Below are positions 1 through 11,385 of a stretch of 64,000 nt of DNA, piece by piece; the first letter of the stretch is position 1; each line of letters opens with the position of its first letter. The stretch is from Heteronotia binoei (lineage: Eukaryota). The notes under the pieces were generated by a model. That model did not search any database. It had not been told where the DNA came from and was given only the letters and a program-made list of their open reading frames with translations. The translations under genes and the position numbers were made by a program. The DNA lies in assembly GCF_032191835.1 (NCBI RefSeq), contig NC_083235.1, forward strand, positions 15,500,001-15,564,000, in the 5' to 3' direction.

Positions 1-425
1 TCAGGGTCATCAGAAAGCAGGGGGGGGGGAAGTGTCTGATGGGCATTATTCCCTACGGAGAATGATTCCCATAGAGGATAATGGAGAATTGATACGTGGG
101 TATCTGGGGAGGCTGTATTTTGAGGTGGAGGCACCAACTTTGCAGCATAACATCTCATGGCTTTCCTCCAAATACCCTCCAAGTTTCAAAAGGATTGGAC
201 CAGGGGGTCCAATTCTTTGAGCCCCCAAAGAAGATGCCCCTCTCCATTATTTCCAAATGGAAGGAAGGCATTTAAAAGGCATGTGGTCCCTTTCAATGTG
301 ATGGCCAGAACTCTCTTTGAGGTTCAGTGATGCTTGTCACACCCTTGCTCCTGGCTCCACACCAATCTCTCTGGCCCCACCCCCAAAGTCCCCAGATATT
401 TCTTGAATTGTACTTGGCAACCCTA
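1..425. mobile_element. Right part of a long TAGGGTTGCC-family MITE
   Basis: Ends in GGCAACCCTA (416-425); homologous to 7589-8028, 18511-18812, 45820-46142, 50712-51194 and 59705-60219. Confidence 0.7.
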
Positions 426-744
426 GTTTCTAATATTTTTTCCATCAGTTTTTGCTTTTTTGGCATTCCTGGTTGTTTCCAGTTTTTTGCAATTAAAATC
501 TTTGCTGCCATATGCAGGTCAGGGCCACTCCCAGAGCTTTTTTTGAGCAGGAACACACAGGAACGCAATTCCTTCTGGGCTTTTTCTACAAAAAAAAGGC
601 CCCGGCCAGTCCAAACCTCTTAAGGTACTGCTGGACTCAAAACTAGCTGTTCTACTACAAACCAACATAGCTACCCACTGAAACTTTTCATCCTGGCATG
701 ACTGTTACATGTTCCACCCATTTTATTTTCTCCCCAGCTGGACC

Positions 745-1683
745 ATGGAGCACGGGAATCAAACTTTTGTTCCAGGATTCATCTTGCAAGAGCTCTTCAA
801 CCGAGAGGGACACGAAGGCCTCATCTTCTTCATCCACCTCTTCATGTATCTGCTGATCCTCTTGGGCAACCTGCTGATCGTCCTTCTGATCTGCTGTGAC
901 GCCCATCTCCTCCACACACCCATGTACTTCTTCCTCAGCTACCTCTCTCTGGCTGATATGTGTTTTGCGTCTTCCACTATCCCCATAATGCTGCGTAACC
1001 TCATTTCCCAGGACAAGGTCATCTCCTATAGTGGCTGCTTGTCTCAGATTTATTTTTTCCTGGCCTTTGGCAATAGTGACAACTTCCTGCTTGCCGCCAT
1101 GGCCTACGATCGCTACCTGGCGATCTGCTGTCCACTGCACTACACTTCCTTGATGAACACCAAGCGTTGCCTCTTGATGGTTTCTGGGTGTTGGCTCCTG
1201 GCCCTTTTCCAGTCTACGCTGTACACCTCCCTGCTCTCCTCCGTCTCCTTCTGCGCATCCCAGGAGATCCCCCATTTTTTCTGTGAGTTCTACCCCGTGC
1301 TAGGCCTTGCCTGCTCCGACACCACAGCTGTCAAGCTGGTGGTGCTGACAGAAGGTGTGCTCGATATTCTGGGGCCGTTTGTCTTCATCGTGGCCTCCTA
1401 CGTGCGCATCTTCCTCACCGTTGTGAAGACTTCATCGTCCACCAGCAAACGCAAGGCCTTTTCCACATGTGGTTCTCACCTAGCCGTGGTTATCCTCTTC
1501 TATGGCACCCTCTGCTGGATTTATACGCAGCCTACCTCTGACAATACACAGGCTTCTCTCATGCATACTGTGGTGACTCCTATGCTCAACCCTTTCATCT
1601 ACAGCCTGAGGAACAATGAGATGAAAGGAGCTCTGAGGAGACTTCTTAGAAGGATGAGAGTCAATTGTATGAACTGGAAGTAA
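745..1683 (+). CDS. Olfactory receptor A1 (class II, 312 aa), intact
   Basis: 7TM OR motifs GN, LHTPMYFFLS, MAYDRYLAIC-PL-Y, KAFSTCGSHL, PMLNPFIYSLRN and N-terminal NQT sequon. Start placed at ATG 745, 7 nt after a polypyrimidine-CAG acceptor (AG 736-737), not at the track's 709. Confidence 0.95.
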   Translation: MEHGNQTFVPGFILQELFNREGHEGLIFFIHLFMYLLILLGNLLIVLLICCDAHLLHTPMYFFLSYLSLADMCFASSTIPIMLRNLISQDKVISYSGCLSQIYFFLAFGNSDNFLLAAMAYDRYLAICCPLHYTSLMNTKRCLLMVSGCWLLALFQSTLYTSLLSSVSFCASQEIPHFFCEFYPVLGLACSDTTAVKLVVLTEGVLDILGPFVFIVASYVRIFLTVVKTSSSTSKRKAFSTCGSHLAVVILFYGTLCWIYTQPTSDNTQASLMHTVVTPMLNPFIYSLRNNEMKGALRRLLRRMRVNCMNWK

Positions 1684-1730
1684 CTGATCAGTCACCTGGT
1701 ATTGGGACATTATGTTGCAGTGAGTGGGAT

Positions 1731-2311
1731 TGTCGTGATCTGTGCTGTGCTGTGCTGTGAGACAGAGGCCTAGTGGGCCTAGGGAGCCTGTGAGGCCTGT
1801 GTCGCAGTAGAGATAGTGCCTACAATCAACAGAATGCTTGGCGCTGGTTTTAGCCAATCGGCATCCAAGTAGGCTCTGAGGAGAATGGCTTAAAAGCTCT
1901 CTCGAGGGACAAATGAGGTTCTTTCCTCCTGAGAGGTCAAGCAGGCACGATGGCTGCTGTTTAGGAGGAAGACCTTCACTCTGAGGGAGGGAGTGAACAG
2001 GCCAAGGCCTAGTGGCCTAACAGACAAGGGACAGTTCAGTCTAGTCGCGTTAGGGACTTTATGTTTATTTTCCTTCACCCATGTTACTTTATAGTTTTAA
2101 AGCACCTTATCTGTTCACTTGCCCTTATTGATTTTCCTGTTTAAAATAAATCTTTTTATTGTTCTTTGTTCCTCTGCCTGGTCTACACACCTATTTTCTT
2201 GGCCAAAGCAAGGGAGATCTGAAGGGCTTGGGAGGGTACTTGGAGCCTCCCTGTGACCCTAATTCCAGAGTGGTGGCAGTGTCAGGTGGCACCCCCATCT
2301 GGGTCATGACA
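1731..2311 (+). mobile_element. Solo LTR (581 bp), 5-bp TSD
   Basis: Ends TGTCGTGA...TCATGACA, flanked by GGGAT on both sides; AATAAA at 2145-2150. Confidence 0.8.
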
Positions 2312-2342
2312 GGGATAGATGACAAGATTGCATAGAGATAAG

Positions 2343-2647
2343 CAGGGGTGGAATTCAAGCAGGAGCTCCTTTGCATATTCGGCCACACACCCCTGATGTA
2401 GCCAATCCAACAAGGCTCTTTTTTGTAAGCTCTTAGAGTAGGGGTGGCCAACGGTAGCTCTCCAGTGGTTTTTTGCCTACAACTCCCATCAGCCCCAACT
2501 ATTGGTCATGCTGGCTGGTGCTGATGGGAGTTGTAGGCAAAAAACATCTGGAGAGCTACCGTTGGCCACCCCCGTCTTAGAGGATTGGCTACATTGGGGT
2601 TGTGTGGCCTAATATGCAAAGGAGCTCCTGCTAGAATTCTACCCCTG
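2343..2647. mobile_element. hAT-type MITE with a second MITE nested at its centre (2439-2574)
   Basis: TIRs CAGGGGTGGAATTC; 8-bp TSD GAGATAAG; inner element has 8-bp TSD TCTTAGAG. Confidence 0.85.
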
Positions 2648-3086
2648 GAGATAAGGAAAATTTAGTTTCCCAAACAACCTTTACTGCAAGTGTGGCTCCA
2701 GAAAAAGTGAGCTGGTCCTGAAGAACCTCAGCCTGACTTCTTTCTTTCTTTCTAATTTAAATTTATAGACAGCCCTACCCCTGAATACACACGGCTGAGG
2801 GCAGTAAACAACATAGCAAGAAAACATTACTAGATGAAAAAAGCAATTTATATAATACATAGATAAAAACAGTCTCAGATGGTGTTAACACCATGAATTC
2901 CAATTATATCACTGCCCTGTGAGTAGATGGAAAGAGGCAGGAAGAAAAGGGGGTGGGGGCTGAGGACAATTATATGTAGATAAACCTATAATGTAGTTGA
3001 GATGAAGGACTGCATCTGTTGTTGGACATCTCCATCCCTGTTTTTTGGGCAGGCCTTATCATTATCCCCCAAATGGTGCCTTTTTA

Positions 3087-3693
3087 AACATAAGAACATA
3101 AAAAGAGTCTTGCTGGATCAGACCATCTAGTCCAATATCTTGGCCTCTGGAGGGCCAACAACACGACAGAGAGACTGAGGCCTTCATAAAAACATAAGAA
3201 GAGCCCTGCTGGATCAGGCCAGTGGTCCATCTAGTCTACTATCCTGTTTCACACAGTGGCTGACCAGTTCCTCTGGAAGGCCAATGACAGGGCAGAGAGA
3301 CCAAGGCCTTCATGTGAACATAAGAAGAGCCCTGCTGGATCACACCAAGTGGCCCATCTAGTCCAGCATCCTGTCTCACACAGTGGCAAATCAGTTCCCC
3401 TGGGTGTAGGGTTGCCAGATCTGTATTGGAAAATACCTGGAGACTTTGGGGGTGGAGCCAGGAGAGGGCAATGTTTAGGGAGGGGAGGGGCCTCAGCATG
3501 GTACAATGCCACAGAATCCACCCTTCCAAGCAGCCATTTTCTCCAGGGGAGTTGATCTCTGCCAGCTGGAGATCAGGCATAAAAGTGGGAGATCTCTGGG
3601 TCCCACCTGGAGGCTAGCAACCCTATCTGGAAGGCCAAGAACAGGGCATGGAGGCTGAGGCCTTCATGAGAACATCAGAAGAGCCTTTCTGGA
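3087..3693 (-). repeat. Tandem ~96-126 bp CR1-tail-like units, interrupted by a MITE (3407-3625) and the L1
   Basis: Repeated ACATAAGAAGAGCCCTGCTGGATCA...CCATCTAGTCC; resumes at 6631-6760; unit II copy at 33320-34020. Confidence 0.65.
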
Positions 3694-5295
3694 TGTTTTC
3701 TTTAAACAATGCAGATTTGGTAAGCTTTAAATTTTGACTCCAAATTTCCCCCCAGTATTCTATTTCAACGCTATACCCAAAGTCTCGCAACCACTTGACC
3801 CAACTTTCTTTAACCACTTCGTCCAATAATTTAATTTCTAAGAGCCAATTGTATAGTTTGGAAATGAGCTTCTGCTTCCCCTCTATTACGTTGTCAAATT
3901 CATAGGATGTTTTAACGAAGCCTATTTCTTTACCTCGCTGAAATTTAGATTTGATTTGATTTTTCATCCACCAGTCCAGTTTCACATTCTCTTCCAAGTT
4001 TAAATTACAGTCCGGATCTAATAGGTTTCTCTAGTTGTGGCTGGTATCCCAACCATATAGATTTGGGTGACTGGAGGCTTCTATTGGGGATAGCCAGAGA
4101 GGTGTTTTAGGATAAATCACATTTTTGAACTCTATCCAAACTTTGTATAGCGACTTCCTAATTTCGTGTCTATGAAATATATTATCTCTGCTTGGAGGGG
4201 AGTACCACAAATAGTGGTGCCAACCTCTGCTTAGTCCGATACCTTCTAATGTTAATAATCTCTTGTTTTCCAATGAAACCAATCTGACATCCATACCAAG
4301 CAACAGGCCTTATAATATAAATTCCAGTCGGGTAAAGCGAGTCCTCCTCTGGAGACGCTATCTTGTAATATTTTTAATTTAATTCTGGGCTTTTTATTTT
4401 GCCATATAAATGTGGTGATGAGCTTATTCAACTGGACAAAAAAGGATCGAGGGAGAATAATTGGAATTGTTTGGAATAGAAATAGAACTTTTGGCAGGAT
4501 ATTCATTTTAATAGAAGCTATTCTCCCAATCAGAGAAATCTGTAGATCTTTCCATTTACTTAAGTCTGTTCGGATTTCTGTTAAAATCTTATCATAGTTG
4601 TCTCTTTGAAGAGTTTTTAAGTCATTGGAAAAGAAAATACCTAAATATTTAATTCTTTTCTCATAGTTGAAACCTGACTTCTTTTCTAATAGCTCTGTCT
4701 CTGCCTTGGTCATGTTCTGCGCCAGGAACTTGGTTTTCTGTAAATTAACTTGAAAACCGGAGATTTTCCCGTATTCTTCCAATACTTTCATTAAATAGTC
4801 TATTGAGGTCACTGGATCTTCAAGCGTAAGGAGTAGGTCGTCCGCGTATGCCCGAACTTTATATTTTTCTCCCTTGATGTTAGCCCCTCGTATTCCATCT
4901 TCCTCTCTTATTTTTGTTATTAATAATTCCAATGTTAGGATAAATAACAAGGGGGACAGTGGGCATCCCTGTCTAGTCCCCCGTTCAATTCTAATCATAT
5001 CCGAAAGGTTTCCATTGATGTTGATCCTGGCACTTTGCTTGGAGTAGATAGCTCGGACTAATTTCGTAAAGTTCGGGCCACATCCCATGTTCTCTACTGT
5101 TTTCACAAAAAGGTTCCAATTAACGTTATAAAACGCTTTTTCGGCATCCAGGGCAATTCCAGCAAACCGCTTCCCAGGGTGCGACCGATAATATTCTAGA
5201 ATATCTATAAGAAGTCTTGTGTTCTGCCGTAAAGCTCTGCCTGGAACAAACCCTGTTTGGTCTTCATCGATAACTGTGTAAACAATCTTTTTCAA
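3694..5295 (-). pseudogene. L1 ORF2 reverse-transcriptase fragment (inverted part)
   Basis: DQTGF, DAEKAF, GTRQGCPLSPLLF, YADD and KYLG motifs; one frameshift near 4270 and one in-frame stop at 4031-4033. Confidence 0.92.
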
Positions 5296-5296
5296 G

Positions 5297-5758
5297 ATGA
5301 TATACAGATGGTATCTAACACCAGAAAGATTAAGTAAGATCTACCCCAATTACTCCAACACCTGCTGGAAATGTAGAAAGGTGAAAGGTTCTCTCTATCA
5401 TATCTGGTGGAATTGTGAAATAGCAAAAAAATATTGGGCTGTAGTTAACATGTGGACTCAGAAAATATTAAAAATTAAAATTTGACATACCCCTGAAATG
5501 TATTTATTAAATGTATGTAAAGAAAATTTACCCAAACACGATAAAAAATTATTGCTACATGTAATTACTATCGCGAGAATCCTCTATGCTAAATATTGGA
5601 AAACCTCCCAAATACCAGTTAGAAACGAATTTGTACAGAAATTGTTAGAGGCTGCAGAGATGGATTCTCTCACTGTAAGACTAAGAGGAGGAAATTTGGA
5701 AGAGTGCAGAAAGACCTGGAATAAGTTATACCAATGGATAAATAATATAGATAGATAA
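5297..5758 (+). pseudogene. L1 ORF2 C-terminal Cys-rich fragment (non-inverted part)
   Basis: YRWYLTP...CWKC...HIWWNC zinc-knuckle-like motif; in-frame TGA at 5483-5485. Confidence 0.85.
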
Positions 5759-7014
5759 GGAAATAAGTTGTATATTAGAAACTATCCTAGATGCTCCTTG
5801 GTGGAGGGTGGTGGAGGGTGGTGTTGGGTGTTTGGATTGGTGAGGGTCAGGTTTTCTTTTTATGACTTATGTATAATACAATACGTTGTTAGCTATTATT
5901 TATGGAACTGTGGTATGTCAATTACACCTGTTCTTTAAAAAGAAAAGAAAAGAAAGGCCAAGTTGGTTTTAGGAATGAAGGAGATTTGTAGAATAGAAGT
6001 CTTGCTTTGCCCTTCTGGCCATTTAACGTGGTTTTGCAATTGCCTGGAACTGAGCAGCCTGTAGTCAGCAGCTACGTTTACTGACAAGCTGCATAATAGC
6101 TGGCACCACAAGTCCCACTCAAACATTGCTCAGCAGTATTATGGTTGGTGGGATGAAGACTCCATCTCCTATCTCTGTTAGTGTAATATAGCATGCAGGA
6201 TATATGTAAAATCAAGGTTTACTGGCAATTTAGATGTGCTAGTGTCATATTATTCTTAAGAATCAAGAAAAACATAACATAAACAATGGCTGGTGTCTCT
6301 TCTACTTTTATTAGCATTAAGGATCATGTAATTTGAGAGAACAGAAGAATCTCATTATATGGGCTGAGAATTAATACTGAACACCAAAAATAAATATCAA
6401 ACAGAGAGTTCAATGTATACATAAAACACAGAAGGTTAATTTAACATTGTACCAGTTCCATCCAAAATCTGTTCTATGTAGTCGCTTCATACCTACAAAA
6501 TTGGCTTTATATGTTCCACAGAATTTATTTTTATGTTTTGCAGTGGGAAAATGCTATAATGAGCTCTAAGTGTAAGAACAGAGCAAACAAAAAATTAAAA
6601 ATAAATGATACATCAAAAAAAAGAAAAAAAAGAAGAGCCTTTCTGGAACAGACCAGTGGCCCATCTAGTCCAACATCGTGTCTCACACAGTGGCCAACCA
6701 GTTCCTCTGAAGGGCCAATAACAGGCCATAGCCAAGTCGTTCATGAGAACATAAGAAGAGGGGGAAGATTTAAGGAGGCTCCTCTTTCTGCATGCCCCAG
6801 CCCCAGTCCAGATGATTCCCATGTTCACTTGGGATGTACAGAACATCAAATTTCATTACTAAAGAGGGTCCAGGGTACCCTTGGTTAAAACGTAAGGTAT
6901 AATTTGTACCCTGAGTAAAGCAGATTCAAGCAAATGGGCTAAAGTAACAATAGCTACTTATGGAGGTGGCATAAGAGGGGATCTTCTTCAGAGTTCCAGT
7001 CTGAAATAATAAAA

Positions 7015-8100
7015 CAGGGGTGTCAAACTCATTTGTTATGAGGGCCAGATCTAATATAAGTGAGGCCTTGTTGGGCTAGGATGTGTGTCATAAAATATAA
7101 TGCCAGGTTGTGGATATATAAACTTTATAAAGGACATAAGCAAAATTATATATATATTAAAAACCCCTAAAACATGTTTAAGATTAGTGCTCTTGCAATA
7201 TTTTGTTTATTTAACAGTTTCTGATAACTGACACCTCTTGTTCTGAATTATTGTATCAAAATCTGGAGACAATATCTGTGCTGTAGCAATCTTGAGTAGG
7301 CTGTCCAGGTGTTGTTCAGGTGGAAACTGCAAACCTACTTTTGATTTATTGACATTCATTACAGAAATCTCCTGGTCAATGGTTTGAGCCTAAGACCCAG
7401 GGGGAAACGTGAAAAGGCTGGGGATTGTGAGCTTTTGTACGTAAGTTTTTTCGTTGTCTAGTCAGCCAATGGAGAAAATAAAGCTTTGCTTTGTAGCTCC
7501 TATGCGATTGAGCAAGCCTGGCAAAGCAAGCTATGATGCAGAAAGAAGCAAGAGAGAGAGAAGGAGGCAGATGACCGTGAGTTGCTCATAGGGTTGCCAA
7601 TCCCCAGGTGGGGGCAGGGGATCCCCCGGATTGGAGGCCCTTCCCCCACTTCAGGGTCATCAGGAAGCGGGGGGAGGGGAGGGAAATGTCTGCTTGGAAC
7701 TCTATTATTCCCTATAGAGACATTCTCATAGGAAATAATGGAGAATGGAACCTTGAGTATCTGGGACTCGGGGTGTGTGTGTGTTTTTTGAGGTAGATGT
7801 ACTGAATTTTCAGCATAGCATCCACTGCCTCTCCCCAAAAGACCCGCCAAGTTTCAAAAAGATTAGACCAGAGGATCCAATTCTATGAGCCCCCAAAGAA
7901 GGTGCCCCTATCCTTCATTGTTTCCTATGGAAGAAAGGCATTGAAAAGGTGTGACATCCAGAACTTCAATGATGCTTGCTCCTGGCTTCACTCCCAAAGT
8001 CTCCTGGCTCCAGTCCCGAAGTCTCCTAGTTGCTCGTGGGACTGATAGAAGCCCTCTGGGGGTCTGATCTGGCCCTCGGGCCACATGTTTGACACCCTTG
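7015..8100. mobile_element. hAT non-autonomous element with nested TAGGGTTGCC-family MITE (7589-8028)
   Basis: CAGGGGTGTCAAAC...GTTTGACACCCTTG termini; TSD TAATAAAA; inner TSD GTTGCTCA/GTTGCTCG. Confidence 0.82.
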
Positions 8101-9545
8101 TAATAAAAAGTTTGTATTGCAAAGTCGTATTGTTTCCACTACTAAGCCTTCATGTTCTTTAAACCCCATCTAGGGAAATATAGACTGCAAGAGAAGAATG
8201 CTTTGGTTAACTGGTCCCAACTGTGCAAACTCCTGTCTCTGGGGTCCGCCTTCCAACCTAATGAAAAAGGCTCAGGTTGACTCAACCAGGCTTCTCTTCT
8301 CCACAGGCAGACGTGGGCCTGCTCTTCTGTCTACCAAGTAGGGCACGGCAGGATTGCTGTCTAGTAAGTTCAGGGAAAGAAGGGACAATGTAAGCCTATT
8401 ACTCACTAGATCAGGGCGAACTAACTGGTAATTCTGGCACAAAGACCAAGTCCTTGTAATGAATGGGGTGTATATTACCTTCGGTATGTGCAAGTCTGCG
8501 TTCCTGTGCATTTTTAGTTAGGGCGAAGCCCCGCGGAATACAGTAGGATTTGTGCCCAAGTAATCATGCCTCAGAGCCATGCGTTGGATTGATGTTGAGC
8601 TCCCCCACTCAGAAAACCTCTTAAAAATTGTATGACTATTTAGTGAGGGAATCTAGCCGTATTGCTTCTGTATTTGCTGGCTGCTGTCACATTATCTCAA
8701 CACATTCTTTAATCGTTGGGAACGGAACATCTGGAAATGATGCACTTCTTTCTGTTACTGCAGCACTGGTGACTTCTAGCCAGGTGAGCTCCATTGTCCT
8801 CAGTACATTTTTAAAAGTCCTTGCCTATCTTTGTTGGGCTCCTATGCACCACAGCAGAGTCCTCCTAGAGAGAGACAACTTCCCTGCCCTCCTTCTCTTG
8901 CCACACCTCGATTGGCTCCCTGAAATGGTGCTTCCTCGGCTCAGTGGAGCTAAAGGAACAGTGCTGGAGACATGTTGAAGCAACAGGGGGGAACTGGATA
9001 AACAAGCTGTCCTCCTGCCCACAGATGGGAATGCAGCTATGGGTTGCTGCTGTACCAGTAGAATGGCACCATAAGATCCAAGTCCTGTAGCTGCAATCAA
9101 AGAGTATTCATATTATATTCCGCTTTTTTTTTTCTTAAAGAAAGCTCAACGCAGCTTAGGTGGAACCAATGTTCCTTCTTAGCTGCAGTCTTGTGACCAA
9201 AAATTCTACTTTGAGAAACCTATTGCACAGAAATTGGTTCAGTGGTACTTCATTCTACCATGGAGAATGTGGATATTAATTAGCTCATCCTGATCCTAAT
9301 TTGGGGATCTCCAGCTTTATTTCACCCCACCCCACAAACAAAATAGAATTCCTTTTATTTGTGTCACAATGAGAATATGAATTAGAGACATAGCTGTCTA
9401 GTCTTTTGGATATTACACTCTGTTTTTATAACTAAAAAAAAAAAAAATCCTCCCAATTAAGAATCCTGGTCGCCCACTCAAAACTACTCTGGATTTGAGC
9501 ATCTCACATCTTACAACCAAATTTGAGTCCAGTAGCACACTAAAG

Positions 9546-10100
9546 CAGGGGTGTCAAACATGCGGCCTGAGGGCTTGATCAGGCCCCCAGAGGGCTCCTA
9601 TTAGGTCTGAGAGCAACTCACTGTCATCTGCTTCCTTTTCTCTCTTGGTTCCTTCTGCATCACAGCTTGCTTTGCCAGGCTTGCTCAGTCACACAGGCGC
9701 TACAGAGCAAAGCCTCTATTTTCTCCATTGGCTGACCAGCACACGAAGCAACTTATGCGCAAAAGCTCACAATGCCCAGACATTTCATATTCTCCCCTGT
9801 GTCTTAGGCTCAAAGCTATTGCATATGAGATTTCTGTAATGAACGTCAATAAATCAAAAGTAGGTTTGCAACTTACAGATACCCACCTGAACAACACCTG
9901 AACAGCCTACTAATGCTTTAAACAACCAATGTTTTAAACATGTATTAAGTTTCTTAAAAAATCTTTGTGTTTGTCTGTGTCTTTTATAAAGTTTATATCT
10001 CCTTTACCGGCATTACATTTTATGACACACATGGCCCGACCCAACAAGCTCTCAGTTAAGTCATATCCAGCCTTCACAACAAATGAGTTCGACATCCCTG
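9546..10100. mobile_element. hAT non-autonomous element (CAGGGGTGTCAAAC family)
   Basis: TSD CACTAAAG/CACTAGAG; duplicated at 37884-38441. Confidence 0.78.
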
Positions 10101-11112
10101 CACTAGAGCATAGAGACCAGTGAAGTTTTCCAGGGTATAAGCTCTTCTGCATCAACCTCACTTTGTCAGGTATGTAAGAAAGCAAGCCTTAACTCATGAA
10201 AGCTTGATCCATCTGAATCACAACTGGTATCACTTACTCCAGGGGTGGCCAACGGTAGCTCTCCAGATGTTTTTTGCCTACAACTCCATCAGCACCAGCC
10301 AGCATGGCCAATGGCTGGGGCTGATGGGAGTTGTAGGCAAAGAACATCTGGAGAGCTACCGTTGGCCACCCCTGAGTCTTACTCCATGGATCAACATCTC
10401 GGTGCAAGTGAGGTAGCTATTCGTATTTTATTAATTTCAAAAATGTAAATTAATTTTATTTCCCATCAAACACTGAGCTAATTATTGCTTATTTTTCCTT
10501 CTTTTTTTCTGGTTTCAGGTCTATTCTTTGTATGGTCAGTTTTCTGTATTTAATTGTCATGTTTATGGAGTGCTCAGTGTGTGTCGAAACATGCTTAGTA
10601 TTGGTTTTTGCACATGGAGACAATATGTTCTTTTAAACCTGTAGTTTTATAAATTGACATTTGTCTTAATACTGGGATTTGGTATTTATATGCTGAACCA
10701 CATGACTGTATTTTTAATCATATTTTAGCATTTCTAAATACCACTGTTTTGTACAATTGTACTACATTCGTAGTGATATGTTAATCTTTTTTTTCTTTGT
10801 TCCAACCGCTTTGGTCGCCCTTCTTGTGCAAGGCTGGGATTTTCTCCCCCTTTTTGGTTGCATCCGGCCTCCGTATAGCAATCTTTGACTTCCTTGATGG
10901 TCTTCCATCTGCAGAGCTTTTGTTGTAGCAGGAGCTCCTTTGCCTATTAGGCCACACACCCCTGATGTAGCCAATCCGACTGGACCTTACTGGGCTCTTC
11001 ATACAGGGCCTGCTGTAAGCTCCAGGAGGATTGGCTACATCAGAGGTGTGTGGCCTAATATGCAAAGGACCTCCTGCTACAAACAAAGCCCTGCCCATCG
11101 GAGTACTAACTA

Positions 11113-11385
11113 GAGAGAGCCAGTTTGGTGTAGTGGTTAAGACTGGTGGACTCTAATATGGAGAACTGGGTTTGATTCCTCTCCATGCCACATGCAGCTG
11201 CTGGGTGACTTTGGGCCAGTCCTAGTTCTCTCAGAGCTGCTTTCTCTAGAGCAGTTCTCTCAGAGCTCTCTCAGCCCCACCTACCTTACAGAGTGTCTGT
11301 TGAGGGGAGAGGAAGGGAAGCAGATTGTAAGCCACTCTGAGAACCCAAGTGAAGGGTAGGGTATAAATCCAGTTCTTCTACTTCT
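11113..11385 (+). mobile_element. Squam3-like tRNA-derived SINE
   Basis: GAGAGCCAGTTTGGTGTAGTGGTTAAG head and TTCTTC tail; copies at 39424-39696, 21211-21736, 52316-52674 and 59129-59365 (minus). Confidence 0.7.

Larger units (their letters stand above)
3694..6630. mobile_element. 5'-truncated, 5'-inverted L1-clade LINE insertion with 17-bp TSD
   Basis: TSD AGAAGAGCCTTTCTGGA at 3677-3693 and 6631-6647; poly(A) at 6615-6630 after AATAAA 6600-6605; the paralogous site near 33885-33905 is empty. Confidence 0.92.

Noticed and set aside
620-690. Penelope-like remnants as further ribozymes (also about 10110-10155 and 63890-64000)
   Set aside because: The hammerhead core is missing, degenerate or cut by the window edge.
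709-744. N-terminal extensions in the ORF track (709, 21831, 41983, 52776)
   Set aside because: They run through polypyrimidine-AG splice acceptors; the downstream ATG gives normal OR length and sequon position.
688-1275. Long antisense ORFs over the OR genes (also 14024, 21879, 24930, 29609, 42280, 52818)
   Set aside because: Shadow frames of hydrophobic OR codon usage; no independent motifs.
11113-11185. tRNA genes at SINE heads (also 20128, 21211, 47471)
   Set aside because: Degenerate A/B boxes continue into SINE bodies; no complete cloverleaf seen.
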